From: Puccinia triticina
Taxonomy: Eukaryota
Direction of reading: 5' to 3'
Length of the DNA stretch: 64,000 nucleotides
Assembly (NCBI GenBank): GCA_026914245.1
Contig: CP110440.1
Span: 2,728,001 to 2,792,000 of the forward strand
Shown here piece by piece: positions 1 through 11,888 of the stretch. Positions within the stretch are counted from its first letter, which is position 1. Every line of letters begins with the position of its first letter. The position numbers were made by a program, and so were the translations under genes. A model generated the notes under the pieces. It was not told where the DNA came from. It did no database searches and saw nothing but the letters and a program-made list of their open reading frames with translations.

Positions 1-290
1 ATCCTGTGTACATAACCCTTGCATGTTTACATATTCCTTTGATGTCGACATATCCCTTTCATGTGTAAATACCACTTAAATATTCACCTACCCCTTTTGT
101 GCATACATACCCCTTTCATCATGTGGACATTTCCCTTTTATATATGTAACAATACCTTTTCACATTCCCCTTTCATGTGCACATATGCCTTTCATGTGTG
201 CATACTTTTTGATATTATTCCTTTCATGTGTAGATACCCCTTTCCTGTGAACGTACCCTGTTCATGTGAGCATGCACTACACTTGTAGAT
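1..290. repeat. Degenerate short tandem repeats (acatatccctttcatgtg-like), probably internal to a TE
   Basis: Recurring ccctttcatgtg / acata motifs about every 20 bp; no credible ORF. Confidence 0.5.
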
Positions 291-377
291 GAAGGAATGA
301 ACCTGGCAAAATACCAATAAGGGCCAAAGTATCAACCTGGATGAACTTGGGTAAAGATCAAAGTATGAACCTGGTTC

Positions 378-422
378 TTGCATGTCAACTAGCAGCAATT
401 TCTGGAGTTTTTTTTTCATAGT
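378..422 (+). mobile_element. Isolated right arm of the MITE family at 11889-12004
   Basis: ttgcatgtcaactagcagcaatttctggagtttttttttcatagt matches the right arm at ~11960-12004. Confidence 0.6.
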
Positions 423-1394
423 TCTTTGGGTTATTTTCTGGTGAAAAAAGAGTTTCCAGGACAAAATAGACCTGCACATGGCACTGGGAGGTGGATACCC
501 AATGAAAGGATCAGGGACCCGCACGCGGGTACTGGTTACATACATTACTTCCAAATGTGTAACCATTGGCCATCTCAAGAGGAAAAGGTCAAACTTCTTG
601 GAGGGACCACAGCATGATTGGATAGATTTATGAGCCAGCAAGTATACATACATTTTTTTTTCTTTTTTTAAAGTGTAGCTTTGCCTGTGGCATTGCACAC
701 TATGAATATCATGATATCTACCTACAAGCATTTTATTTATTTATGTTTTTAGTTTGTTTTTTCCATTACTTTTTTCTATGGGGACAAGTTCTATAGAGGA
801 TGGGGTAATCTTAACAACTAGGGACAATGAGTTGTGATGTGGGTTTGTGGGGTAGATGGGGTGCAACCATTTTTCAGGTTGATTCAATTGGGTAACAGGT
901 ATTGAAATGGAAGAGTTTTATACATGTAAAGAGGACAACTAATAAGTGGGTTGAAGGTTGAATGGGTGGTGTGTAGTTGTCCAAGCGCAGAAGTGGTAGT
1001 GGCCAGGGGTTGGGTCCACCGGGATTCAAACACCGGTTCGTTCAAAGTGATTATATTACTATGTTGTTGCAGGGGAGACACTAAGCTTCCTTGGGTGTTG
1101 GTTATTGCTAGGCCATCCGAGATTGGACCCTCAATACATACCTATGAATTGGGGTGCCTGTATTACCCGGTGTTGTGGCTTTAAACTACAAAAGTGAATT
1201 TAGCAGACTGGTAGTGTGAATGAATCATATTTGTGCTACACTACACTATTTTTGTAGGAACAGAGCAGCTTTTTGCACAGTTTTCCAATAGAAAAAATGT
1301 CTGTTAGATGAATTTAGCCGTAGCGCAGAGGGGTATGACTGCGCTTCAGATTTTGGGAGGGGCAAGTAGTGAGAAGATTTGGCTAATAAGACAA

Positions 1395-1500
1395 CTAGAG
1401 GCCAAAGCGGCTACGCCGCTGCAGGGTGCAAGCCCCTCAACCCTCTTTCCCACTGCTTGCCCCAGGCAAGCCCCTGCCTTCCCCCACGGCCACAGGCATC
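1395..1500 (-). mobile_element. Helitron 3' terminus (fragment; 5' end not found)
   Basis: Minus strand reads gcagcggcgtagccgctttggcctCTAG|t, the same hairpin plus CTAG end as at 35557 and 57578. Confidence 0.7.
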
Positions 1501-1882
1501 AAGCATCCCACTCAATTTGTGTGGGCCCTTTCAAGTCCTATGGAAACCCACTCCCGCCTCCCCTTCAAGGTGCACTGCTCCAACTTCTAGCCACTCCCAC
1601 CATCTCAGCAGTGTAAAATGGTGCGGTGGGGTGTTGCTGGTGGGTATATAAAATATCTGCAGGTCTAGAATTCTGTGGATTTAAGAAAGTGGGATAAAGA
1701 TAAAGTAAATACAATTAAGATAGTTTTTACCTAATAAAACAGGAACTAAGGTAAAAGATGAGAAAAATTGAAACCAGAACCAAAAATACACACTAGGACT
1801 TTGAAGCTAATAATGAAATAGAAGTGGTTAGGTCTTTGAGAAAACAATGGTCAATAAGAAGGATAAATAGAAAAATGAAAGA

Positions 1883-1958
1883 ACCTGTGAACAGCTAGCC
1901 TAGACTGAGGACCTCAACAACCTGTGAAAAGCTAGCCTAGACTGAGGACCTCGACAAG
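1883..1958. repeat. 37-bp tandem duplication
   Basis: acctgtgaa(c/a)agctagcctagactgaggacctc(a/g)acaa occurs twice. Confidence 0.8.
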
Positions 1959-3468
1959 CAATCCGGGGATACAACAATGGTTTAAGTTTATTGACCGCAG
2001 GTTGAAGAATTGTGGTTGAGATGAGGAAGAAAGGATTGGATGAATGGTCAACAGGGTCCGACTCCTGAAGAGGATGGTCAACTGCTCTACAAATAGAGCA
2101 TGAGCACTTGTAACTCTCTTGACGTTATCGTAGTAGCCTTGCGCCGCATCGTCCTGTGCGCACCGTGACCGCAAACCATGAAGGACCGCACTTTGACCGC
2201 AAACCTTAAGATGGAGACCAAGAATTCCAACAAGTAGCAGGTACCCACTGTGCTGCACTGAAACTGCACTTTTGCCAGCGCAGAATGAGCAAGAGCCTTT
2301 CAAATATTGTGAGTCCATGTTATCTACCAAGAAAATACTTCCTGGAAAAGAGCTCCCCAACCCTATGATGATATGCTTTTTGTAAAAACAAAAACAGGAA
2401 AGAAAAAGTTTCACTACATAGATGACACATAATTTCAGCCCACTAATCATCATCTAACCTATTTGAATCAAGTACAACTATCTGCAGAGGAAAAAGGGGC
2501 TGTTTGATAGTCCAGCAGGAGCAGAATCACAGCTAAAAAAATTCAATGCAAATTGATTGCAGGAAATTTTCATCAAGAATAAATTAGATGGCATCTTGCT
2601 AGTATGCCAAGATTGGCCAGGTTTTTCACTTCAAGGTGGTTTGTCAAGTAGTCATCTCTATTAGTGGGCTATCTCTGATATCCTTGAGGCTTATGGTACT
2701 TCTGAAAGAAATCAAGTATCTTCCAAAAAGCTGTTCAAAATAAAGCATGTTGGTCATCAGAAAATTTTTGGTTTGACTGAAATGGAAGCCATGCAGTAGA
2801 CAAACAAGGGTCAAGACCAGAGGGTTTGATATTCCAATGCTCAGTAAAGACAAGACAGCTGAATAAACTTGAGGACATAATTGCAAAGTTTGTGTAATCC
2901 TGTCACCAGGTACCCAATTAGGAGAAGAGGTTGTGAATTTTGATTGAAGGAGCCATTCCAAGTTTCAATCCAAGAGATCTAATGCAAAAACAAATTGATG
3001 TCAAAAAAACTAGCCACACTGTATCTTGGTTTGTCTTTCATTTTTTGATATCCATAAATCTTTAATCAGTTGATTAGTTCCTGACTTAACTGGGATTCTC
3101 TCAACCCACCCGATTCTTCTGGAAGTGAAATTGATGTATAAGCCAAAAAAAAACTCAGATTTTATGAACAAACATGAAGAATTGTGGTTGCTTCACCAGG
3201 AAAAATCAATGTCCACTAATTGATTGGTTTTAATTCAATCTTTCAACATTGATGAATACTGCAGTCATATTACACCAACCCTGAAGTCAAGCTTCTAATA
3301 ATCCACTTCAGCTGCTTTCTTCAAAATCTACAGGCGGAGAGGATCTGTAGGAGAGAGATGAATTCCAAGAAATTTCAGAGGGCCCAAAGACTGCATATAA
3401 CCCAAATACCCACAAGAAAAATAAAGATCCTAGGGTTTAAATAGCAGAGGAGAACCTCAGTGGATACC

Positions 3469-3563
3469 CCCTTGGTAGCCTAGTGGTTAAAATGTCAGTT
3501 TACTCTGCTCCCTTTCCTGTATTGTCACAAGTTCCATATAGCTAACCTGTGTTCAATTCTCAT
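3469..3563 (+). ncRNA. tRNA-derived (SINE-head-like) Pol III element, copy A
   Basis: A-box TAGCCTAGTGG (3476-3486), B-box GTTCAATTC (3551-3559), intron-sized spacer and upstream tttaaata; the acceptor stem does not pair. Confidence 0.55.
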
Positions 3564-3659
3564 TGCTTGCTAGACATCTTTCTTTCATCAGGCATAATTA
3601 GATCCCACTTGTCTCATCAATAACAAAGATCCCCAGTATATTATACACTAAATCAAGTC

Positions 3660-3908
3660 ATGTTCCAGCGTCCTGCCCTTCTGATTCTGATTGGTGCTGC
3701 GTTCCAATCACTTGTATTGGCTTCTCCTGTGCACACTTCTGGTTCTGCAACCCCAACCAGCCCCACCATACCTGATCTGGTGTACTTTGGCAACCCCCAT
3801 CCTGGTGGAAAAAGCAAGCTTGATGTCCATTTCTGTATTGGAAAAGACCCAGATTCCGGCATCCTTGATATAATACATGCAACACCAGACTCTATACACA
3901 TTATTTGA
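3660..3908 (+). CDS. Small secreted peptide, 82 aa (candidate effector), paralog A
   Basis: Hydrophobic signal-like N-terminus MFQRPALLILIGAAFQSLVLA; same length as the paralog at 5129 and collinear with it. Confidence 0.7.
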   Translation: MFQRPALLILIGAAFQSLVLASPVHTSGSATPTSPTIPDLVYFGNPHPGGKSKLDVHFCIGKDPDSGILDIIHATPDSIHII

Positions 3909-4896
3909 TGATAATAAAAAAAATTGATAATAAAAAATTGAGGTAATCAAGAACAAAAAGAAAACAAAAAAGAAAAGGAAAGATAAAAAATAAAAAATAC
4001 ACACAAATTCAAAAGGAAGGGGCAAAAGCCCTGACCTTTTGATAAATTCAACTGATTCTCAGATTATTAGTTTTTTTGTTTTAGTAATTAGTGCAAAAAA
4101 AATTGAGCATGCACTAACTGTGAAGGAGATGGGTTGGGAAATTTGAGACAATTTTGTGGATGCTCAATGTGTTCCTAGGAGGTCTCAGATTCCAGCCCAA
4201 CTGATAGAAACTGGTGATGATGATGAGGAGATTGGAGGGGACTCACAAAGTAACAGCATGAAAAAAGGGTGATGAGAAGGAAGAAAGAAGGGGGTTTGAG
4301 GGCAAAAAGCTTTGGCAAAATTAGGAAAAGAAGAAGATGGGGATGAGAAAAGGAAGAAGAAAAAAATGATTGGGTATGGGTTGCCTACAAAAAAAAAACA
4401 GAAAGCATAGAAGATCAAGTAGAGAGTGAAGCAGAGTCAAGCTCAGTTAAAGAGATTATGGCTTTTGAATAATTGACAAGAGCACCAGGAAACTTTTTTT
4501 TACTTCATAGGTTGGACTTCCCAGATGAACTACCCTCAACAAGCCTAATTATGCTGGCATTGCTACAATATTACTTGGATTTTGAGAAAGAAAATGAACA
4601 TTTGAGGTTGCTTCACCAGGAAAAACCCATGCCCACTTGATTATTATAATGGAATATGTGAAGATTGGTTACTGCTACACTCATATCACACTGCCCCTGA
4701 AATCCAGCTTTTAATAATCCACCGGCTTCTTTTTTGAACTATAAAGGTGGAGATGAGTTTATTTTACTATAGGAGAGAGGTGCATTCCAGGATAGTTGGG
4801 AGGGCCCAAACACCAAATATTTTAGCCCATATACCCACCAGCAAACAGCCGGATATCCTAGGGTTCAAATAGCATAAAAGAACCTCAGAGGATATG

Positions 4897-4992
4897 TCCT
4901 TGGTAGCATAGTGGTTAAGAAGTCAGTTCAATCTGATTGCCTTTCCTGCATCATCCAATGTATTTCTCAGCTGACCTGTGTTCAATTCACAT
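4897..4992 (+). ncRNA. tRNA-derived (SINE-head-like) Pol III element, copy B
   Basis: TCCTTGG-TAGCATAGTGGTTA A-box, gtcag...ctgac stem and GTGTTCAATTCAC T-arm/B-box; no acceptor stem pairing. Confidence 0.55.
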
Positions 4993-5128
4993 TGATTGTT
5001 AGACCTTTTCCTCTCATCAAGCCCAGCTAGATCCCGCTTGTCTCAGTGACAACAAAGCTCCTCCGCAAGCATACACCATTGGAACCGTGACTGCAACACA
5101 CAAACCAGGCTCAAATCTAGACCAAGAC

Positions 5129-5377
5129 ATGTGTCAGAAAGCTGCACTCCTAATCCTCATCAGTGCCACGTTCCAGTCACTTGTGATGGCTGCCCCTCTG
5201 CCCTTATCTGGAGATCCGGTCACCATAACCAGCCCCACCAAACCAGAGCTCCCCTTGGAAATTGACGAAGTTGGTGGGAGGTGCCAATGTGTAGTCCCAT
5301 GCTGTGTCAGACCATGTCCAGATTGCAATGGCCTGGATCCCATACTGGGAATCCCTGGTTCCATACACATGATATGA
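5129..5377 (+). CDS. Small secreted Cys-rich peptide, 82 aa (candidate effector), paralog B
   Basis: MCQKAALLILISATFQSLVMA signal-like leader, core CQCVVPCCVRPCPDC and C-terminal PGSIHMI matching PDSIHII. Confidence 0.75.
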   Translation: MCQKAALLILISATFQSLVMAAPLPLSGDPVTITSPTKPELPLEIDEVGGRCQCVVPCCVRPCPDCNGLDPILGIPGSIHMI

Positions 5378-6374
5378 AGATACCCAAACATAGTTGAATT
5401 ACTTAATAAGCAAAAAAGGAAAAGAAAGAAAAAAAAAACAAGACATAAAACTACATAAAATCACTTGCAAAAGGAATGGGCAAAAGCCCTGACCTTTTGA
5501 TAAATTCAACTGATTCTCAGATTATTCATTTGCTCTTTTTTGGTAATTAGTGCAACAAAATCAAGCATGCACCAGCTGTGGAGACGTGTGGGGCAATTTT
5601 AGACAATTTGGGGGCACTCAAGGTGTTGCTAGGAGGTCTCAGATGCAAACCCAGCTGATGGAAGCTGGTGAAGATGAGGAAATCTTCCTTGGTGATCAAC
5701 TTATCACTAGACTGAGCAAATGGGTTTAAATGAGTTTTCAGTTCAAATATACTAAAGGGGAGATTTTTACAGACAAGATGAAGCAGGAAAAGGGGGTAAG
5801 TGTGAGGCAGTTAAGAAAGTATCTGGCTAGAGGTGTGAGAGTGGGGGCGGGAAGCAGATGGGGGTACACATAGTAGCAGGGTGAAAACAGAGGAATAAAC
5901 GGCGTTCGGACGGGACACACTAATAGCAACAGCAGCGGCAACAGGAGCAGGAGGAAAACAGGGGGGTCAGGAAAGGAAGACACGATGATGGAGCGGCGTA
6001 CAAATAAATCGACGGGGAAGAAAGAGTGCAGACGAGACGCGGGGCACGCGGGGGACAAGGAGGGGCGTGGAGCAAGCGATGAAGGCTGGGCGGGAGGCTG
6101 GGATAAAAAACCCCATGGGTCAAAGGAGAGAGAGATCGAGACTCGTGGCGGATACGTCGATCGATGATATATGTGCGTGCTGTCGTCCTACATCCTGTTC
6201 GTGATATCGGGCCTCCCCCTCCTCCCATCTCCGTCACACAGCTATTGAGCACCAAAAAGAAAAAGAAAATGGAGGAAAAGGCGGCGAAGGAGGGCCACGC
6301 TTTCTTTCTTCGTCGGAGACTTGAGAAAACATGGTGTCTCGTGCGACACATGGAAGGAGGGAGGTCAGAAGTGT

Positions 6375-8607
6375 TCACAGTTTGAAGTTGGCTTTGTTGT
6401 GGGGAGGGGGCGAAAGAAAGATTAGCGGGCGACTCGGCCGGCAGGGTGGGGAAAAAGGGAAGACGCACTGTTCCAGAACACCCGACCGTCTTGGTAATCC
6501 CTCGCAGTCTCCTCGAGCATGATCTCGTTCCTCTTGTGCACATAGACCTGAAACCAAAGTCCTCACCAAATCAGCCTGATGTGAAGAGAAGGAGGGGGTT
6601 GGGGGGGGTGACAAAGCAGACGGACGGTTTTGTCGGTGACTTTCTGGCGGAGTTCGGCGATTGTGTCGGCCTCGATGGGCGACTCCAGGAGTCCGGAGAG
6701 GTCTTCGACGGCCTGTTCGAGATCACTGGAGAGAAACAGGGTTAGTGTTTTGGGAGGATGACGAGGGGGGAGGGTGGGGAGGGGAGTACCGTTGGTTGTC
6801 TTCGAAGAGCGCGGTGAAGTTGTTCCTCTCGAGATAGAAGGCCATCGCATAGGTCCACTTCAGCGTCGTCCGACACACGCTCAAGGTCTCTACTGCCTTG
6901 TTCAGGAACTGCACCTCGATCCAGCTCAGGTTCGAGGCGTGCTGGATCTCCTCCATCTTCTTCTCCGTCTTCGCGTGCAACTCCTTGTCTAGCCTCAACG
7001 ATGTCTCGTGGTTTGCAAACCGGTTATAATACTTTGTGTTTCGTCATCCAAACAAATTTGTTAGTTAGACGGGCTCCAGAAAGAGAGTGTGTATGTTTGT
7101 GCGGGGACGCAGAGAGCTTACATGTAAGTATCTTTCGAGGGAGGCTCGAGACTTGGATTGTTGGTCTTTCCCAACCTCGTCCCGCTCTTCAAATCTGTTA
7201 CAGCTGTACCAAGCGGTGCCATGGTCGGCCCAAAGGCCGGTACAGACCCAACAGAACTCATGCTTGCACTTCTTGCAAGTCATATGCTAGAAAAAGAGGA
7301 GTGAGTTTGATGAGCCATTCGGGCATGTAGGTTGACGGACGTACATTGCAGCCCCCGTTCTTCTCGATGGTCGAGTGACACTTCGTGCATTCCTTGGTGT
7401 TTGCCGAGATCCAGTTCGCCGTCTCACTATCATCCTCGCATTTCTGTAACCAGAGCTTGACGATGGGACATATGCAGGGCTGATGATCTGCCAACGAACA
7501 ACCAAAGCAGAATCTGGAGTTATTATGGTTAGTAGTCTGGCCAGCGAGCTGGGTGAGTGATGTATGAGCATACCTTTGGCCACAGAGACAGGTGACGCTG
7601 GGAACGACGGTGTCGAGGCTCTTCTTGGAGACATGACACTCGATGGTGTAGATGCAGTTCGGGGCGGGGCAGAACTTGAGCGCGGGATTATCGTCGACAA
7701 AGGTGCGGTTGAGGAGGGTTTGGAAGCGGGCCATGAGTTTGTCGGCCTCGGGCAGACTAGCGTCCCTAGCGGTGAGCAGGTTGACAATCGTATTTTCGTC
7801 CACAATCTGCTTGCATTCGGACTCCATGCATTCGATCGTCCGCGACTCGCCCTCCTTGATCTTCGCCTCAACGTAGAACGTATAGCAGTCTCGACAGAAC
7901 TCGTGTTTGACTGACTGCGAGCCGCCGCTGCTGGCCGGCGCCCCTTTGTCTTTCGGCAAGGGCGGACAGGAGGGCAGGTAGATCGTGTCCTGGCCGGGCT
8001 CGTTGTTGAAGCAGATCTGGCATTCAAATTGCGGCGTGGAGCGTGTCCGGCGCTTGGATGACGAAGGTTTGTTGAGCTCGAGGTCGGTCCTGATTCCGAC
8101 GTCTCGGAAGACTTTCTCTGGTGAATCCTACGGAGGAAGAATGAATGAGGTATCAAAAAAAGTGCGAAACAGGAGGGCCCAGGGTGGAGGAGGCAAGTAC
8201 CATGTATTTTTCCATGAGAAGGTCCTTGTTCCAGCCGAAGTATCGGAGGACGAGGGCGGCATCCTTCCCGGCGATTCCGATGATTCCGGCGACATGTTCG
8301 ACTTCCCTGACCTGACGCTGGGTGAGTTCGGATTCGTCGAGGACGCTGAATTCGACCTGGTAGAGGGGTTTGGTGGGCTGGGTGGCCATGGGCACCATGT
8401 TGAAGCTGGATGATCCGTCGCCGTCATCTGAGGAGGGGTCGTTCGAGTCTAAGTCAATTGCTATCAAGAAGCCGTTCCCGATAGGATGTGTTTTGGTTAG
8501 CAGCGGCAGGAGTGGGGGGCGGATAAGGGTAGCTTACCGTCTTCGTCGTCTTCGTAGCCTTCGGTGCTGTCGTAATCCAGTTCGATGTCGCTGGTATCAG
8601 AGGACAT
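6375..8607 (-). CDS. ARIH1: Ariadne-family RBR E3 ubiquitin ligase (ARIH1/Hel1-like), multi-exon
   Basis: Acidic N-terminus ([14 protein letters not shown]), RING1 CQICF...HEFCRDC, IBR CPAPNC...FCFGC, RING2 [30 protein letters not shown] and Ariadne domain ASLERYLH...[16 protein letters not shown] introns; ends TNFKL-stop. Confidence 0.95.
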
Positions 8608-8656
8608 GGTATGTTTGGAGAGTTGGTTGCTGTTGGCTTGGCGTGGAGATATATTC

Positions 8657-8722
8657 GGATGGATGGATGGATGGATGGATGGTGGTTGGTGGATGGTGGA
8701 TGGTGGATCTGGTGGTGGATGG
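8657..8722. repeat. (GGAT)n/(GGATGGT)n microsatellite in the ARIH1 upstream/5' UTR region
   Basis: Visible directly in the sequence. Confidence 0.85.
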
Positions 8723-9833
8723 AAAGATGGAGGCTGATGGAGGGAGACCCGGGTGGGGGCTAAGTGCATACTCCTGCACTGCCTAAGTCCATACCACCCA
8801 ACAGGCTCCGGTCATTCAAGGATCTTCTGCAGACTTCCTCATCACTTGATCATTCACTTCTTTCGACTTTGGCTGCTCCTCTGATGATCTGCCATCACAA
8901 ACTATGTAGACAGAGCTGGATGAAATGCAAGAGATTTGACTCTGACTGCAATGAAAACGGGGGGCACAAGCAAACTTATAAGAATAACACATTTCAAAAA
9001 GAGAAGAGATGTGTGTTTCTTCTTTTATTAATGTAGGCTCCTCCATTGGACAACAAGTGTCACTGTGTGTGTACAATCATTAAAAGCTCCATTGGTCAAA
9101 TAGCCGGCTGGCTTCTTGATATGCCCTCTTCAACCTGGTTTTCTGTGAGGTATGGGTCACAGTGATTTTTATCATGGATTGGCGGGCCCGCTCCGGCATC
9201 AGGAGCAAGATTGTAGTGCAGTACTGTTGCTAACACTACCAGGATTCTCTGGTAGGTGTTACTGAACGTCCAATAACGTATATGGAGCATCCTACAATGT
9301 AAATGCATATGCATATATACATTTAACATCTTAAAACGGCAGGTGAAAACCAGACATTGATTCAAAAGGAACCAAATCTAAAAGGACAAAATAGGACAGC
9401 TTTCTGTAGATGCATAGTACATCTCTTGTGCACCTTTGATGTTGGCTGAGATGCTACAATTTCCACTACAACCTGTTGACCATGTCCAGCATTTACCACA
9501 AGCCAAATAGTGCTGCTGCCAAAAAAGCTGTACAATGTACATACCTGCATTCATCAAACAGATTCAATCAGTTTTCCCACCTTGGGCAAGATTTGTGGAC
9601 TGCAGGCGTGTTTTGCTTTGATTACCACACTCCACAGCTTGGTTATATCCCAACACCCTTCTCACCTTGTGAGAACAGTACCAGTCTCCTGGGTTGGTAT
9701 TCTCACAAATCTATCTTGCTATTGAAGAGATGCTACTATATTAATTCAAGGAGAGCCTGCGTGACACTGAAAGAAAAAATAAAATAAGAGAGTAAGGGCT
9801 TGAAAAGAGAGTTATCATTTCAACAAGTTTTTT

Positions 9834-10992
9834 TTATATCAGCTGGTCTTGTAAGCTCTTGGAATATTGAAGGGTTCTTGGCCTGAAATTCCTTCCAGCC
9901 AGTTGATGCATCTGAAGTCCACCTTAATTGATCATCCTTTCATTTAAAAAGTGGTCAGAATGTATTCCTTCCTCCCTCAAATTTCTGGAAATAACTCACA
10001 TTTGATGAATAGTTTCTTATGCGACATATTCTTTCAACTATGCCATACCTGATTTTCAATCTTGCCCCTTCAATTGATAAGTTCCGGTAGGTTGGAAGAG
10101 ATTTATCTTTTACCCTGCAACAAGGACATACATAGGTGTATTCATGCCAAGTAGATATGCAACTTTTATGAAAAGTTTGTTGGCATTTTAGACATTCTGT
10201 GACTTCATCAGCTGAATTGGTGACTTGATCATCTGAAATTTTTGAATTTTCATGCAAAACCTCAAGGCAAATTGGACATATACTATCTTCTTTCAGCTGG
10301 ACCTATCAAACAGGCAACCAAAAAGAATCAACTTGTCAATCCTTGTGATAAAATGAAAGCTTTGAATTAATTTTTGATCTCACATTACATGTGTATCACA
10401 TTTTGGTATTGACTAGCATGGAGTAAATTTAACCATAGTCACCATAGACAATTGATTATTTCCTGATCAATGAAAGAGTGGGAAGGTATCTCATCCATAC
10501 TATTCATCTGAAAAACCAGTTACCCACATGTTTTAATAGATTAGATTCTTCTGCATTTTGAGCCAACCCAAAGCAATGAGATAGATAACTCACAGAAATT
10601 TCTGGCAGGGCAAGAAGTTGCTGTTCTATTGATTCTAAGGCTGTAAAAATGCAAGAAAACTGGTCAGTGCAGACTTGAGTTTTAAATATTACAGAAATTT
10701 ACCCTCAATGAGTTGTCCATCAGATGGACAACTTTGAATTAACTCATCCACAGAAATCAAATCAGGCTTGGGCTGCTTAAAGCATTTGCTGAACATTGAT
10801 GTACATGATTGGCCACAATCTTGAATATTACACAAGCATGCTGGATGTGTGGCAACCAATATTGCTGCTTGTAAGACCTGTAAATAGATAAGTGACAATT
10901 GAGTTTGGTATGTTGATATTCCCATTAATTGAAATGTAATATCTCACCACAATAAGTCTCAAGCTGTGAACTAGTGAGTTGGTAGAGTATAT
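9834..10992 (-). pseudogene. Multi-exon RING-H2 gene with a signal-peptide-like N-terminus, probably disrupted
   Basis: Exon reads ICPICLEVLHE...CLKCQQTFHKSCISTWHEYTYVCPCCR (RING-H2-like, with Q at the first His position). Upstream exons splice to IYSTNSLVHSLRLIVVLQAAILVATHPACLC. The expected start is ATA at 10992 and the 10384-10507 exon has in-frame stops. Confidence 0.65.
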
Positions 10993-11888
10993 CCTAATAT
11001 GATTCAAATATTTGAAATGGATTGAAGACTTTCTCCCAAGTAATATATTTAAATCAAGCTATCACATTTTTATTCCCATCATACCAAACTTGAAACCCCT
11101 TACATTCAAAAATTAATCTTCAGCATTGGACAACATTTCTGTGACTTGTGTGATCTTGGAAAAACATTCCTCAAACAGACCCTTAGAGCCCCACCAAGCC
11201 TTTGATTGATCAAACTCGCCCAAATACATCATTTTGGAATTTCCCAGTTTCAGAATTTTCCTTTCCCTTCCCTGTCACTCCTTTCAATCTCTCTCACTTC
11301 CTCCTCTCCCTCCAGATTAAATGTGAAACTGATCACCTTTTTTACCACCTGATCTTATCCTCTCAGAGATGCCTTTGAATACTTGATTCATTCCACATAG
11401 ATAGCAACTAATCTTCATCTCTCTGTGCCTGTTCCCTTAGGTCACTCATAAAGCCTCTTCTAGTGTGCACTGTGAGAGATTTTCCGCCATAAAAGCTATC
11501 AGACTAGCGCTGTTTGAGAGAGAATTAATTTCTTTCAGCCCCCAGATTTTCTCTCAATACTTTGTTGTCACCTCATCCTCTCTGGCCTTGAAACCTATCT
11601 TTCTATTCAATCATCATTGGCTGGAAATTAGAAAAGAGCTTCTAACCTGGATTTGTTTCTGATTAATTATGAATCCATGGGTGAAGGATTCCATCCGCAG
11701 AAACATGTCTGATCCCCTAGGAATTTGACAGCAATCTAAGGGCAGGGAAAAAAATCAAAATGTGTTAGATTGAACTGGCCCTGAAGCAAGGAGATAAACA
11801 AAACCTCTCTAATTCTGAAAAAGGAGGGTGTTGCAAGGATACAAATGAACAGAGTTGGAGTCTCTTGCAAGGTCTGCCTTGGAGCACT

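Larger units (their letters stand above)
3165..5683 (+). repeat. Local duplication of a ~1.07-kb unit (copy A ~3165-4232, copy B ~4585-5683)
   Basis: Collinear shared blocks: ggttgcttcaccaggaaaaa, gggcccaaa, cctagggtt, the tRNA-like head, the ORF and gggcaaaagccctgaccttttgataaattcaactgattctcagattatt. Confidence 0.9.

Noticed and set aside
2087..2269. RKATTITSRELQ resembles histone H2B (KRSTITSREIQ)
   Set aside because: The similarity does not extend to either side; likely chance
2460..3000. Coding-like minus-strand fragments
   Set aside because: Interrupted by stops in all frames with no identifiable family
3890..3908. C-terminal IHII / IHMI as a CAAX pheromone-type motif
   Set aside because: There is no cysteine at the -4 position and the peptides have signal-like leaders, unlike lipopeptide pheromone precursors
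4566..4580. Possible Helitron 5' end on the minus strand (TCCAAGTAATATTG) pairing with the 3' end at 1395, which would capture peptide gene A
   Set aside because: Only a short match; the diagnostic caagggtttcccctgcaa motif is missing and the site abuts the duplicated unit
9096..9365. Short ORF with a hydrophobic stretch
   Set aside because: Could be a gene remnant, but there is no supportable exon structure or motif
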